In this document: positions 25,101 through 37,100 of the stretch, piece by piece
How the letters are laid out: each line of letters begins with the position of its first letter
Position numbering within the stretch: the stretch's first letter is position 1
DNA from: Raillietiella orientalis
Lineage: Eukaryota
Assembly: GCA_036172245.1 (NCBI GenBank)
Contig: JAYWIR010000054.1
Span: forward strand, 186,001 to 250,000
DNA: 64,000 bases
Direction of reading: 5' to 3'
Made by a program: the position numbers and the translations under genes
The notes under the pieces: model-generated
What the model saw: only the letters and a program-made list of their open reading frames with translations
Databases searched by the model: none
What the model was told of the DNA's origin: nothing

Positions 25101-28100
25101 AATGGCTCTCACATTCAGTGACCACTTCCACATAGATGGTACGTGGAAGCCGAATCCTCGTGCTGTATGTCCAAGCATCCATGATGATCCGTCACATTCC
25201 TCACACCTCTTCAACATCCGATTCCTAGCTTGAGATGGAGATTTCACCAGATACTATTAAAAGGATCTTCGGTTCCTTTGCCGTCCTATCTGTTCCATCA
25301 TCCAATCTCATTCTATATTATTGCCTGGGAGTTTCCTGCTTCGTCTGTCCAAGAAGTTACCAAAGAAACGCTTCTTTCCGATCAGTTCTTGTAAAAATCT
25401 GAGTGCTTCCATCTGTACGCAACTTGCAGTACTACGGTGTCCACAAACAGCTGATTTCCATCTTTTCGTGCCAGTTCTCTCTGGAATCGGCATTTGGAAG
25501 AAGCTGCTCGTTACATTTCCGAGCCCCTAGGGGACCCTATTTCTGAATCTGAATCTGAAGAGGAGCTTCTATGGAACCCTTCTGTGTGGAGGCGATTTCT
25601 ATGCTCTTTTGAAATGTGTTCTATGAAGCCTCTTCATTACCAACGACCGTGACATCTGTTGGCTGGCTTTAGATCTGAGAAGGCTGAGGGCAGATGTCAC
25701 TGTCGTCGGTAATGAAGAGACCTCACAGAACACATTTCGAGTGACCATAGAAATCGGTTCCGCACAGAAAGGTTCCACAGAACTTTTTTTGGTGACGTTA
25801 TCCAGAAATGGGGTCCCTTAGGGGCTGGGCAATGCAACGAGCAGCTCTTCCCCGTTTCTTCAGATCCGAAGCCAATCTTCGCTTCCACACTCTCAAAGAC
25901 TCCCTCGAAAGATCGCCTTTTGGTTTTTTTGTACTCCCGGAAGCCCCATTCCTCGTAGCACTCCCGAGAGCTCGTTCGCCCGCTCAGATGATCTCCGGGG
26001 AATCTGCGGAGTTGATCCCGTTCTTTCCTTCGGTTCTTTCGTTCGTAACCTGTGACGGGCTGTTGTCCACAGATTTCTCCCCCTTAAGATTTCATTCCTA
26101 AGCATCCTTTGGGTTTCGAACGCCTCTCGCCTCTTTCCATCCGTCCTTGGGAATCTGCTTTCTAGAAGCAGGCATGGGTGGCTCCTTTCCTTCCGGTCGC
26201 GCGGTCGGGTGACGTCCGTACGGGTGTCGAGGCGATCCATGGCGCGCAGCGATGAACCACCCTTAATGGCTCCGCTTCCAGGAAGGCATTTTTCTCGTCC
26301 CCCTGCGTCTCCCCTTCCGACTGCCCCCCTCTCGGAAACGATGCGTCAGGCCGGCCTCATTTTCGACCCGCCCACTGGACACGGCTGAAAAGGATCGCTA
26401 GTGAGCGATCCTTTTCCCCTCCTTCCCCAGCGAGCGGATTCTCGGCCGAGTTGCCACTCCACATCTCCTCGGCATCCACTGGGCCTCTGTCAGCCGCATC
26501 CCGCGATGCCTCCGCCGCTCTCCGTCTTCTGTTCACTTCTTCCCTGTCGAGGGATGCGCGGCTTCCTCTCAACCACGGCTGCAAACACACCGCCTCCGCC
26601 ACGGCGTTCATCGGAACGCAGCTGCCGTTTCCCGGGGACCGCTTGGCTGGTTTCGCATCTCGCCCGGTCGTGTGGTTGCCGGCAGGGGGGCGAGCGTCTC
26701 CTCGCGGGCATCCCCTACGCCGCGGGGGAATTTCCCCTCGGCACGCGACATTCGTGTTCAGCACGCGTAGTGCGAAAGTGATCCGTGGCGCAGGGCGCGT
26801 GGAGCCCATACCACCGCCCCACCGGTACCCACGCAACCTCCCGGAATCCAGTCATCCTTCACAACAGGCTCGAGGAAACACCGTCACCGCTGACTCATAA
26901 ATAACCACTGCTCCCCCTCATCCAAAGCTCCCTATAAACAACCAACTGCTCATTATCTCCTGGTAAATAATGAGTCCGCCCTCGGATGGGAACAAGGGAA
27001 GCAGACGTTGCCGAAGATCGCACATCCCGCTCTCGTGCCAGCCCACACCCGCACAGGAAATAACCGCTGGGCCACCGTCCAGCCTTCCCCAAATGGCGCC
27101 GCGCCGTTTTCCTTTAGAATGACTGCTAATGAGGCCTTTCTCATGCAATTCGGAATTCGAAGCGCGAGAGTCCCTCCTTGCTGCTCTCGCCAAAGGAAGC
27201 AAATTTTCACGTAACGTCTATTTTCGCGTGGACAGCGCAGCGTCATGGATTTTTTTCTGACCTTCTATGGGTTCCATGGCGTCCGTGTACAAAAGCACTC
27301 CTTGCTCTGTTCTTCCCTGAGACGGAACACTTGCGTGCTGACCTCAGAAGCCGCGTGAATGTTTCTTATTAAGCGGTTAAGTGCATCATATCTTCTCTCA
27401 TTTTCCTATTTTCTTCTATGACGTTACACGACCCGTACGACAGACCGTTTGGTGGGACCTCCATGAGTGGGACCTCCATGCTGGATATGGCGACTGAATA
27501 CTACAGAATAATACGTCCACTTCGTGCATTCAAGTAGTAGGTGGTCACTTACGTATGAGTACATCACTCGACGTGTTTAATGGATTGCTATCTTAACCCT
27601 TTGAGTGCTACGGACGCATCTATGCTCCCGGCGTAAACCACCAGCGGTGGTCCGGTGGAGGCATAGGCGCAGAACCCACAGGCGCAGGGGCGCGTCTGTG
27701 GGTTCTGCGAAAATTATCAGCGTGGACCGTGGACTCACATGTGCGCTTGGCAAATGTCTTTACCTTGAACACGCGACATAAATTAACGCTATCGATGTTA
27801 TCACATCCATTCACGTTCTTATGATTACCTTGGCAACGACAGCAAACAACATTCTATTTATACCGGCCAACAATCGAGTTCCGGAAATAGCATGACATTA
27901 TAGCTGTTCCGTATATAACTTATTGCACTGTACCACGCCCACATGAATTGTTAATTTTATTATAGTTATAATTGCAATTTTCAAATAAATAACATGTGGG
28001 AAAAGTGAAAACATTCCTTTTAATGTCGTGTAAAAAAAAACTATTACGACAGTAACCACTTTATAAAATCAGTCGGTACCTCTGATAGAGTACGCGGTAC

Positions 28101-31100
28101 GCGAAAGAGCATTCCGTCCACAGGGGTCGCGCCTGCGACCCGCGTGCCGTCGACGCAGAACGTTTAAATCTGAAGAGATCCTCACCCAAAGAGCTAAACT
28201 TCATGCCACATACCAAGTGGATACTGCAGTAATGCGTCCATTTCTCTCTTATCACGTTCCACGCATTCCTCCCAGAGTAACTAACTATGGTAGGCGCAAG
28301 AGTTCTTAGGCTTCTTCAGCGTGACCTGACGGCGCGGACAGTTGAGGAGTAGACCTCCGGGTGTGCAATGAGGGCTCGCTTCGAGAGGAATCCATTCGGA
28401 GGTTCTGGGGGTCGGACCAACGAGGCTCGAGCCACGATTTCCGGTCGACTGCGCTCGTGGCGCCTGCTGAGTCTCCGAATCTGGTTCGCGGGGGTAGAGA
28501 TGGAACCAGCGACGCGCAGACTCCCCTCCTCGCCTTCCTCTCGCCAGCCGGAAACTCCTCTCTTCGACATTCTTGCCTGGCCGGCCTCGCTTTCGTCGTG
28601 CTTGCCATCGTGATCAAGAGAACAGATGGCCTGCCCTTTCGTCCTGCACACGTTGGAGGTTGAAGAGCAGAACGACGGCAGCTAGCATCCCTCTCTCAGA
28701 TTAAGCTACCCCTTTCGACCGTATTGTTCCGGAGCGACCACCGAACTTTCCTCATTCCGGCCACCCGTTCCCATAGCATAAGCAATCGCCTCGAGCTTAG
28801 CGAACACCTCGACACTTCCTTAGTCCGGACTGCCTTTCTCAACAATGCGAGTTGAGCAACAATGAAAGTGAGCCCCAAGGCAACGGACATCCATCCCACT
28901 TCCTGATTTCTCGGATGCGCGAGTGGCATCCGTCGCGTGCTGGCTGCCACAATCCGCTGAGCTCGCGCCGACTTGAGACCATGGCAACTAGCAGTCAGCG
29001 CTCCCGACTCTCTCCCCCTGGAGATCCCGCATCCATCCCGCGCCTGAGAGCTTTCCGTCCGAGGAATTTCCCGGAATTTTCTCTCTACTGCTGGATGCCC
29101 CGGGCACCCATCACACGGGCTTGAGGAGACACCGTGATCTTTCTTTGAAAGATCTCCTTGGATGCGAGTTCTCTTGGGGCACAGCAGACCGCTGCTTAGC
29201 TTCCTCTCTACTCTGAGACCGCCGTTTGCTCCGGAGGGAGCGACTGCGCGAACGGTTTTCCTCAAAACTGCCCGACCCTGCCCTCCGCAGTCCGGCAGTA
29301 AGAGTGGCTGCCGTCCTCTGAGCACCCGAAATTTTCCCTCGAGCCCCCCGGAGGGTCCGCCGGCGTCCTTCAGTACTAACGAACCCACCGTATGAGTTCA
29401 GCCTGTCTCCGGAAGAACCCTTCACGCCTCACGAATTGGAGCGTCTTCCAGGAAGAACGGGTAAGAACTCGCAGATCAGTTAATCCGTGTGCCGACGAAG
29501 GTGCTCCGGGATGTTCAAGAGTTCTCTACAGCCTCATCGTCGCGGCCAGATGGACCTTAAGGAAGGAGGAGCGGCTGAAACGAGGAAGAGAGGAAGAATT
29601 CTTCTGTTCACGAGGACGAGGGACGAGAATGTGGACAGAGAGGATTTCCCCGCCAACGCAGCCAACAAACTCGCTCTCAGGAGTCGTCCCAGAGGTCTTC
29701 CTCGACTCGTTGAAAGTTGAAAGGCTGCCGCGAACAGCCTCAATGACCTTGAGCTCCAGCAGGAACGGTTCTCGGAAAAACGAACGGCACGCCCGTGATT
29801 GCAATCTCCTCATGGCATTCGAGAAGTGAGTTGTCACTGGAGGAGAAAGAAGAGAAGGAAACGCGGGCAACACGAAGAGTACAGCGCAAACGAGCAGGTA
29901 GAACAGGTGGACTCCTCGACTGGCGATGCGGTGCAGCCTCTGAGGGCGCTGGTGAACCGGCATGGTGGAGCCAGGCTTCGTCCAGCGGTTCCGAGTTCAA
30001 GCGTTAACCTCCTTGTTCGACTCCTGGGGATCCTGACGATTGTGCAAAGTCTGCTTGCTGACTCCACCCAAGGCGTTGCTCATGGTGCCGAACGAAAGAA
30101 TGAGAGCTCAAAAAGCAAGGATCAACAAACCACCAGACCACTGTTGGTCTGTTTCTAACGATACGACCATCTAATCCTAGACTTTCCTGCATTTGGAATA
30201 GTACCCAGTGGCTGCGTTTGGAACAGAGACTCCCTGGCTAGTGCCCAGTGAGTTCAGGAGGTGCCACGTCTGTGTTGGATGTTTGAAGATATGGGTTACA
30301 AGGAAGCTCAAGCACAGCCCTTCACTCCAGCGGAGCGCATCGGATTTACCAGTTCCAGATTTATCCATGCTGTATCTGTCTCCTTGTTTTCCCGGTCAGA
30401 GAGTACTGCATATCGCAAACAGGACCATAGCTACAGAAGATGCCAAGTCTAGGATAAGAGGCTGCTTAATGTACTGAATCCCTGTTTGTGGTGCATTCTT
30501 CTGAATGAACAGCTACGCGATCGCTTCACAGAATGAAGACGGAAGCGGAGGAGAAGCAGTTTCCTGCAGTGAGTTTATCCCTTCAGTAGATTGCCAGATC
30601 TCTCCCTGATGCCTTCAGAAGTGTTTGAGAAAGAGGTGGATCAGTGGAAGAAGATAAGGAACAAGGGTAGAAGCAAGCGTGAAGGAGGAGGAAATAGAAG
30701 AAAAGGAGACATAGGAGTAAAGAAAGAGGGAAGAAAAAAGAAGAGCAATGGTAGGATAGAGATCGAGGAGTAAGAATGTCAGGGAAGGAAGAATGAGGGT
30801 GGAGGAGGTGGAATGCAAAAGAGGGAGAATGAGTGGCGAAGAAACAGGGATGGAAGAAGGGGAAGAGAAGGAGGGCGTGCAAAGACATCTCTGCCTTCCT
30901 GTAGACTGGGCGTTCAGGTGGCCAGGACGTCCACAACATCTGGCTCTCTGAGCACCTGGGATCCTCGAACGATGAGGAGATTCTACGGCTGCACTTCGAC
31001 AAAGTGCGGTTGCACCTAACAGCCAGTAGATCCATGCTGGACCCATAATTTGGGACATCGGCCTGAGAATCGATGCCCAAGAAGAACTGATGTGGACCGA

Positions 31101-34100
31101 TGAGGAAGCAACAGAAGGATTCTTGGAAGCGATAGAGCAGCCTCATAGGTACAGGGCAGGACGGTGGACCGGACATGAAGATGGTGAAGAACGGGAAAGA
31201 TCCCAATCCCCCCATTCAATGCAATTCCTACCTGTTCCCGAATAAGCAGAGTCTGGTTTGCACACACATACTCTCTGCGTTTCCAGATCAGAATCAGCCC
31301 TGCGGACCTCGGGATTATTTTATGGCGCGGTCACTCAGGGAGAGAAGTAAGCCTTCCCTAGACGTGAGCCCTTTCGCGTGTACCATGCGCAAGCCCACGG
31401 TCCCGGTGCGTTCGCTCTCTTCGTTGGCGGTCATCCCGTTCCCGGAAGGGACTCGGATCCTTAGGCCCTGGTGGGGCAGGATGGCAGCCGCAGCGGGTGT
31501 CGCCTGCCTCCTCGAGTCTTCTGCTGAAGCACTAGAGGAGCCAAGGCGAAGCAAGGAAGTGCGGTGAGACCCAAGAAAGTCGGCTCCCCCTTGCAGAGAA
31601 AGAAAATACCGCCAGAGAGAGATCGGCGTAGGGCGTCATGGCATCACCAGACCCGGCAAACTGGGAAGCACTCGGGGAACTCGAATTCTCCAAGCGACGG
31701 ACAGAGGGCGCGTCAGAAAGGGGAGGGGGAAGTGGTGTGCTTCCCCGGCAAACGCGCTGCTCCAGGAAAGATCTACTGGGGTCGCCTTCAGGAACGAAGA
31801 ACCCCCGCGACACCGCAGCCTCGAGAGAGGCATGAAACGCAGAGGGCAGTGAAACAGGGAAGATGTTGGAGGATGCCCTGGTCTTTGGTCTCACTACCGG
31901 GGCACATAGTTCGTACAGCACGGACAGGAACGGATTCTTTCGCTTTGCGTTCCGATAGCTGCCTCCAGGATTTCGTTCCGTCGGGCCGGTTCGCATTGCG
32001 TTCGTCGCGGCCTGCCTGGTTGGGAAGGATGGTAGCCGGGCAGCTGGTGTGGGCCTTGGCCACGCGCGCCTTCCAGCGCACTCGCGAGTGTCCCGGAGAG
32101 GCGGCTGGGAACAATACCTCCCGGAAGAAGGTCTCAGCTTCACGGCAGTCGAAGAGGCGTCGTGAGTCTCCGCATGACTTGCGGCGCTCGAACGGAGCAG
32201 CTGCGGACGCCAGCTGGCTGCCTGCAACCACCTTCTGCAGCTACCTGCCTCTTGCAGCTCTCGCGATGCGTCGGGTTCGGAGAACCCTGTGCGCGGGCTC
32301 TCCCACTTCCTTCCGGCGTCCCGCTCCCGTGCGGACCCCCAATTGCTTCCGAGGCACCGCCGATTCGCTTCCTGGTCTGAGCAGGGATGGCCTTTCAATG
32401 CTCACACAGCATCGCACGATTTTCGCAGTCTTTTGCCGTCTTGTGCGGGATGTGCGTCCCGCTTTTCCTGGCAGTGACGACGGGAGAGCCACAGGGGGCT
32501 CTCACGCTAAATTTCGGCGTCACCTCCTTTCCTCGCATGCGTGAGGTGTGGGGAGCCTCGATGGGCTTGACTCGCCGAAGAGGCACACGGGAGTGAAGAG
32601 CAGAAGCCTTCCGCGCAGCCTCTTTCGCCTCTCCGCTCGCTGCTGACGATGTACCGGTCCCTCGAGAGAACTGCCCGACGCGCGCTGTGCTCTCTCGACG
32701 CAATTCGCACGCAATGCAGCTCGAAAACACCGCCTTGGGGAAGTAGCAACTCGCCATCGCTGGTCAGTTTGTCTTCAGTATCAGACAAACAGTATCGGAC
32801 AGGGGGGTTGACGACGGGAAGGGAAAGGTCTGTCGTTACCCGGACTTTCGGCTACTGCTGGCGCGTCATCAGGGAGAGACGACGCGCCAGCAGCGCTCTC
32901 GTTCGAGACACAAGGCACCCTTGCAACATTTACCTACAACAGCCAAGTGGTTGAATCCGGAGTGCTTCCTGATGCTCGTGCAGTTCCATCGGTAGTTCTT
33001 GAACTGCTCCTGGCATTCCTTCCTGCCGATGTGGTAACCGAAACTGATGGCTACTATGACGTCCGGGGAACGGATGCACAGCTTCCTCTGTTTCGGAAGC
33101 AGGCCCGGTATGCTGCTACAAAGCACCTTGGAGCTCAGAGCCATCGTCGCTGTCTTCGACCGGCTGCAACAACAAAAAATCGTTGGCGGAGGGGAACCGG
33201 AAATGTCCTCAAAATCAACTCCTCAAGATCATCCACAGCAACCGCAGCCCAAAAAAATGCGACGGAGAATGCCCTGAGGGAAGTCCTTGAAGCACCCAAG
33301 AGTAAAACCGTTGCGGACGCGCCTACGGAAGAGGCGTTTCCATTGTGTATCAGCAGAAGCAGGAGCCGTCACCTGATGTGGCCCATAAAGCAACGGGGGG
33401 AAGAATGGAAGAGCGGTGGACTAGCTGAAGAAAAAGGCATAGATTTGGAGGAGGAGGAGGCACGAAAGACGGAGAGGAATGGAAGAGAGGAAGAAGAACA
33501 GGAATGGAAGAGGAGGAGGAATAATCGGTGAGAGATGAAATGGCGAACGGTGACAGTGACTTCTGCGTGCTCAAGGAAACAGAAGCCCCAGAGGAATGGC
33601 GCTGCAGCTAAGGGATCGGTCCATTCATTTGGCGCCTCCATGGAGAACGAAGTGAGAGAGAGCAGACCGAACTGGACGATCTGCCCTCACAAGCGTTCTT
33701 TTTGGATGCCTCCTTCTTCCCTCCACTGCATGATCTGGGAGCCGTGCTCCTTCCAATGTTTTGGGCTCGCCAGGGAAGCAACGTGGAGGATTTGCGAAAG
33801 GTAAGAGGAAGCGAAAGGGAAGATGCTTGGGCTGCCTCTTCATCAACGGGTCTCTCGGGGAGGACTCGAGTATGCCTTGTCCGTCCCCTTCCCCTTTCCT
33901 CCCGTCTGTTTGAAGCTCCTCGGAGCAGCAGGAAGGCATCGAGAGGAGCGGATACCGAGGAAAGGTATCGAGGTGCTCGTTAATGGAACGGCGGGATGGG
34001 AACCTTTCCACTTCGTCGCTCCTCGGAGGTGACAAGGACACGGAAAAAAGGGGTACACGGTGCAATCATGGAAGCTAGGGGGTGGTCCCGGAGGGGTGTA

Positions 34101-37100
34101 GCTGGACCCCGAAGACACGAGAGAACGCCGTCTACGACTTCGATTCTCGATGCAGGTCCGGGCACCTGGAAAGCTAAAGATGCGTTCGACCAGGAACTCC
34201 TGGACGGATTTTTGGACGCTCAGCTACGTTTCTAAGGAAGCGCCGTTTCGATCCTCTTCCACTGGCCCGTGTCATGTTTCCTTTTCCGATGTTTTATGCT
34301 CCCTAGCTTTCGCGTCCTTTTCCTCTATTTTGCCCAAAGAAATGCTCCTGTAAACCTGAAGGCTGCAGACTGCACTTTCGGTGAGCCTTCTTCAGGAGAA
34401 TGGATGACCCAGGAAGCTGCATCCTGGGTCGCAAGGCATTTCCATCTCCCCCCGGACGATTATTCCTCCTTTTCCTTCACTCCCGTTCCACTTCGTCTTC
34501 CATTCCTCTTCCATCCCTCTTCTTCCTCCTCTTCCACCAGGATAGTTGATCTGGGTTTCCCAATAGACGCGTGCTTCAGTCTAGCCTAAAACACGCGCCT
34601 ACCGAGAGGCTGGGGAACGCAGATGAGTGGTCACGGGCGTCTTCCCCGAGACTGCGATGAACAGCCTGAAACTTCCAAGGCAACGAGTCTCAGAGCCGTG
34701 TCTTCCTGGCAGCGGGCCGGCGGATCCCAATGCAAAATCTGGATGGACGGCCAACAGAAGAGGAAGTTTCTGAAGTTTCTTCAACATCAAGGATTCTTAA
34801 GGGTGCTTTTGGCGCGGAAACCGAAAGGAAGAAGCCAAAGAGATGAGGAGAAAGAGAGGGAGAAGATGGGAGCAGGAGGAGGAAGGAGGAAACAAGAAGA
34901 GAGAACGGAGGAACCAAGGTGGTGGTCGATCCGTTTCTCTCCCTCACCACCCTCGGTGCTTTATCTCTGCTCTTCCACCTGTGTGCAAGAGCAGAGTTCT
35001 TTCAGTGTTCCCATGAGCCGGAGGAGGGGATGTCAGGGTACATTCATCCGCAGCGGCGGACCGAGACCGCAGGCACGCCAGAGAACGGGCTGCTGGTCTC
35101 TCAGAGACGTTTTCTCCAAAGAGAATTGCCGCTCGGTCGGAGCCTCGCTGGAGTAAGTGGCGTCACCCGAGGTCTTCGGAACGCTTTCCTTCGACGGGCA
35201 CCGCTAGGGCAGGTTCTCTTCCAGGACGGATGCGAGAACTTTTTAAGAGTTTCCTCCTACCCGCAGCCCGCAGGGTGTGCGTAAGGGAAGGCAGAAACCG
35301 AGAGAGGGGGAGTCTTTGAAAGATCGAAGACTCAGTCACCAAAATCGCGGAGACGGTTGAGATTCAAGTGCGCTTCGAGGTATGTCGAGGCGATCCATGC
35401 TGTTGAATACTGCTTCCATCAGTTCAGTGCTACTTCGCTGATGGGAAATCCGAAAAGCCGGCTAAGATAAGAAGGGTGCCCTTGACAGAAATCTTTCGAG
35501 ATGTGATTCGAAAGATCGGCTGGGAAGCTTCTGACAAAAACTCATCATGGCGGTCCATTGCATGGGGGGAGGAAGCAGGAGGATTGCAGCGGGCGACCGG
35601 AACTTTGGAACTTAGCAAAGTAGAGAAAGACCTTCCTGAGAAAAAGGAGTGATCCGCCTGCCAAAGTAGGACACAGGGAACCCTGCATCGCATTGCTTCT
35701 TCATTTGGTTGCCATAGACAGGAAGGCCAACACGCTCAGAAACACAAGCACTAGGGTAGAATGCTTCGGACTCTTTGCTGCCTCTGAATCTTCCGTGTTA
35801 TTCGCAGAAGATTCCCTTTGCAGGAGGTGTTGTTTGCTTCGGCTCTCTGGACAGAGGCCACATGTCCGTAGAAGAGAAGGAGGTGCTTTTCAGTTGAACT
35901 TTTACGACAGTTTGCTCACTGCACTCTCCCAACTGATTGCGTGAGGTTACTCCGCGAATGGATTCAACTTCCGCAGCTGCGGCCGAAGGTAAAGAAATAC
36001 TTAATGGAACGGGCGAAGGAACAACACGGTCGAGGTGCGGCCAAAGGCAAACTGTCCGCCTGACTAGAAACCACACGCAGGGTGTATAGAAAAGGAAGGA
36101 AAACACGTTTCGTTACGAGTGGCTGGATGCGTCTGTTGATGTTGCAAAAAATTTGCAGTGGACCAGCAAATTGCATTAAACTTGCGTTCCTCGCTTCATC
36201 TCCCCAAGTTATGTTTCCTTTCCAAAGCCTCAACAAAGATTACTTTGTCTGCGGCTGCGGAGACCTCATTGTTCACTATTAAATAAATGCTCTTATTTGG
36301 TTAAGGAGGCTGGCATCTGAAGGCACGCTTTTCTGACTATGACCCCTGGTTTCCGAATCGGGACTCTCGGTCTAAGCTGGTTTCGTCATGCAGTCGCTCG
36401 TATTCCTGAGTCCAATTTATGCCACTGCTGCTCAGGCAGTCCCATTGTTGCGCACGGCTCCCGATTGTTGCGCCCGATCAACCTTATTGCTGCGCACGAC
36501 TCCCGATTGTTGCGCCCGATTTACCGCATTGTTGGGCAGCTTATTCCGTTGCGCAATAGCTAAATCCACGTGAGCCTCAGTGGACTTCGCACTGAGGTTT
36601 CGCACGTAATAAGATGGAAATCATACTGGTAGCATGATCACAGAGGCGCGTTGAATAGACGATCCTTTCAGGATCCGCAGGACGATGAAGGAGTATGGAG
36701 GAAGTGAGCACTTGGAGGTTCGGTGAGGTGAGAGCTGCTTCACTTCGGCTGTTTCTTCCTTTCTGCAATAAGCGGCTCTTTTGACTGCCGCGCCTCGCAC
36801 GCACGAAATTTCGGCTCACGATGAAGTCAGGAAAAAAAAAGGAGGAGATGAAAGAGTTGTGGTTCGAGATGATTCTGGAAAGCGCTTCACCCCGGCAGAG
36901 GGAGTGAGAGACCTGAGGATGCGATCCGAGGAAAGCGAAAAAGGGCCTGCAAAGCGTACAGGGTGAGGAAAGGCAAGCAGCAGCAATCGAGAACACGACC
37001 TAATGGGAGAGATGCTGGATGTAACAGCCATGAAGGCGAGCGGGGGAAGGAAGGGGAAGGTAAGGGGTTGATGTCAGAACGAGAGTCCATCCGGTAGTGG

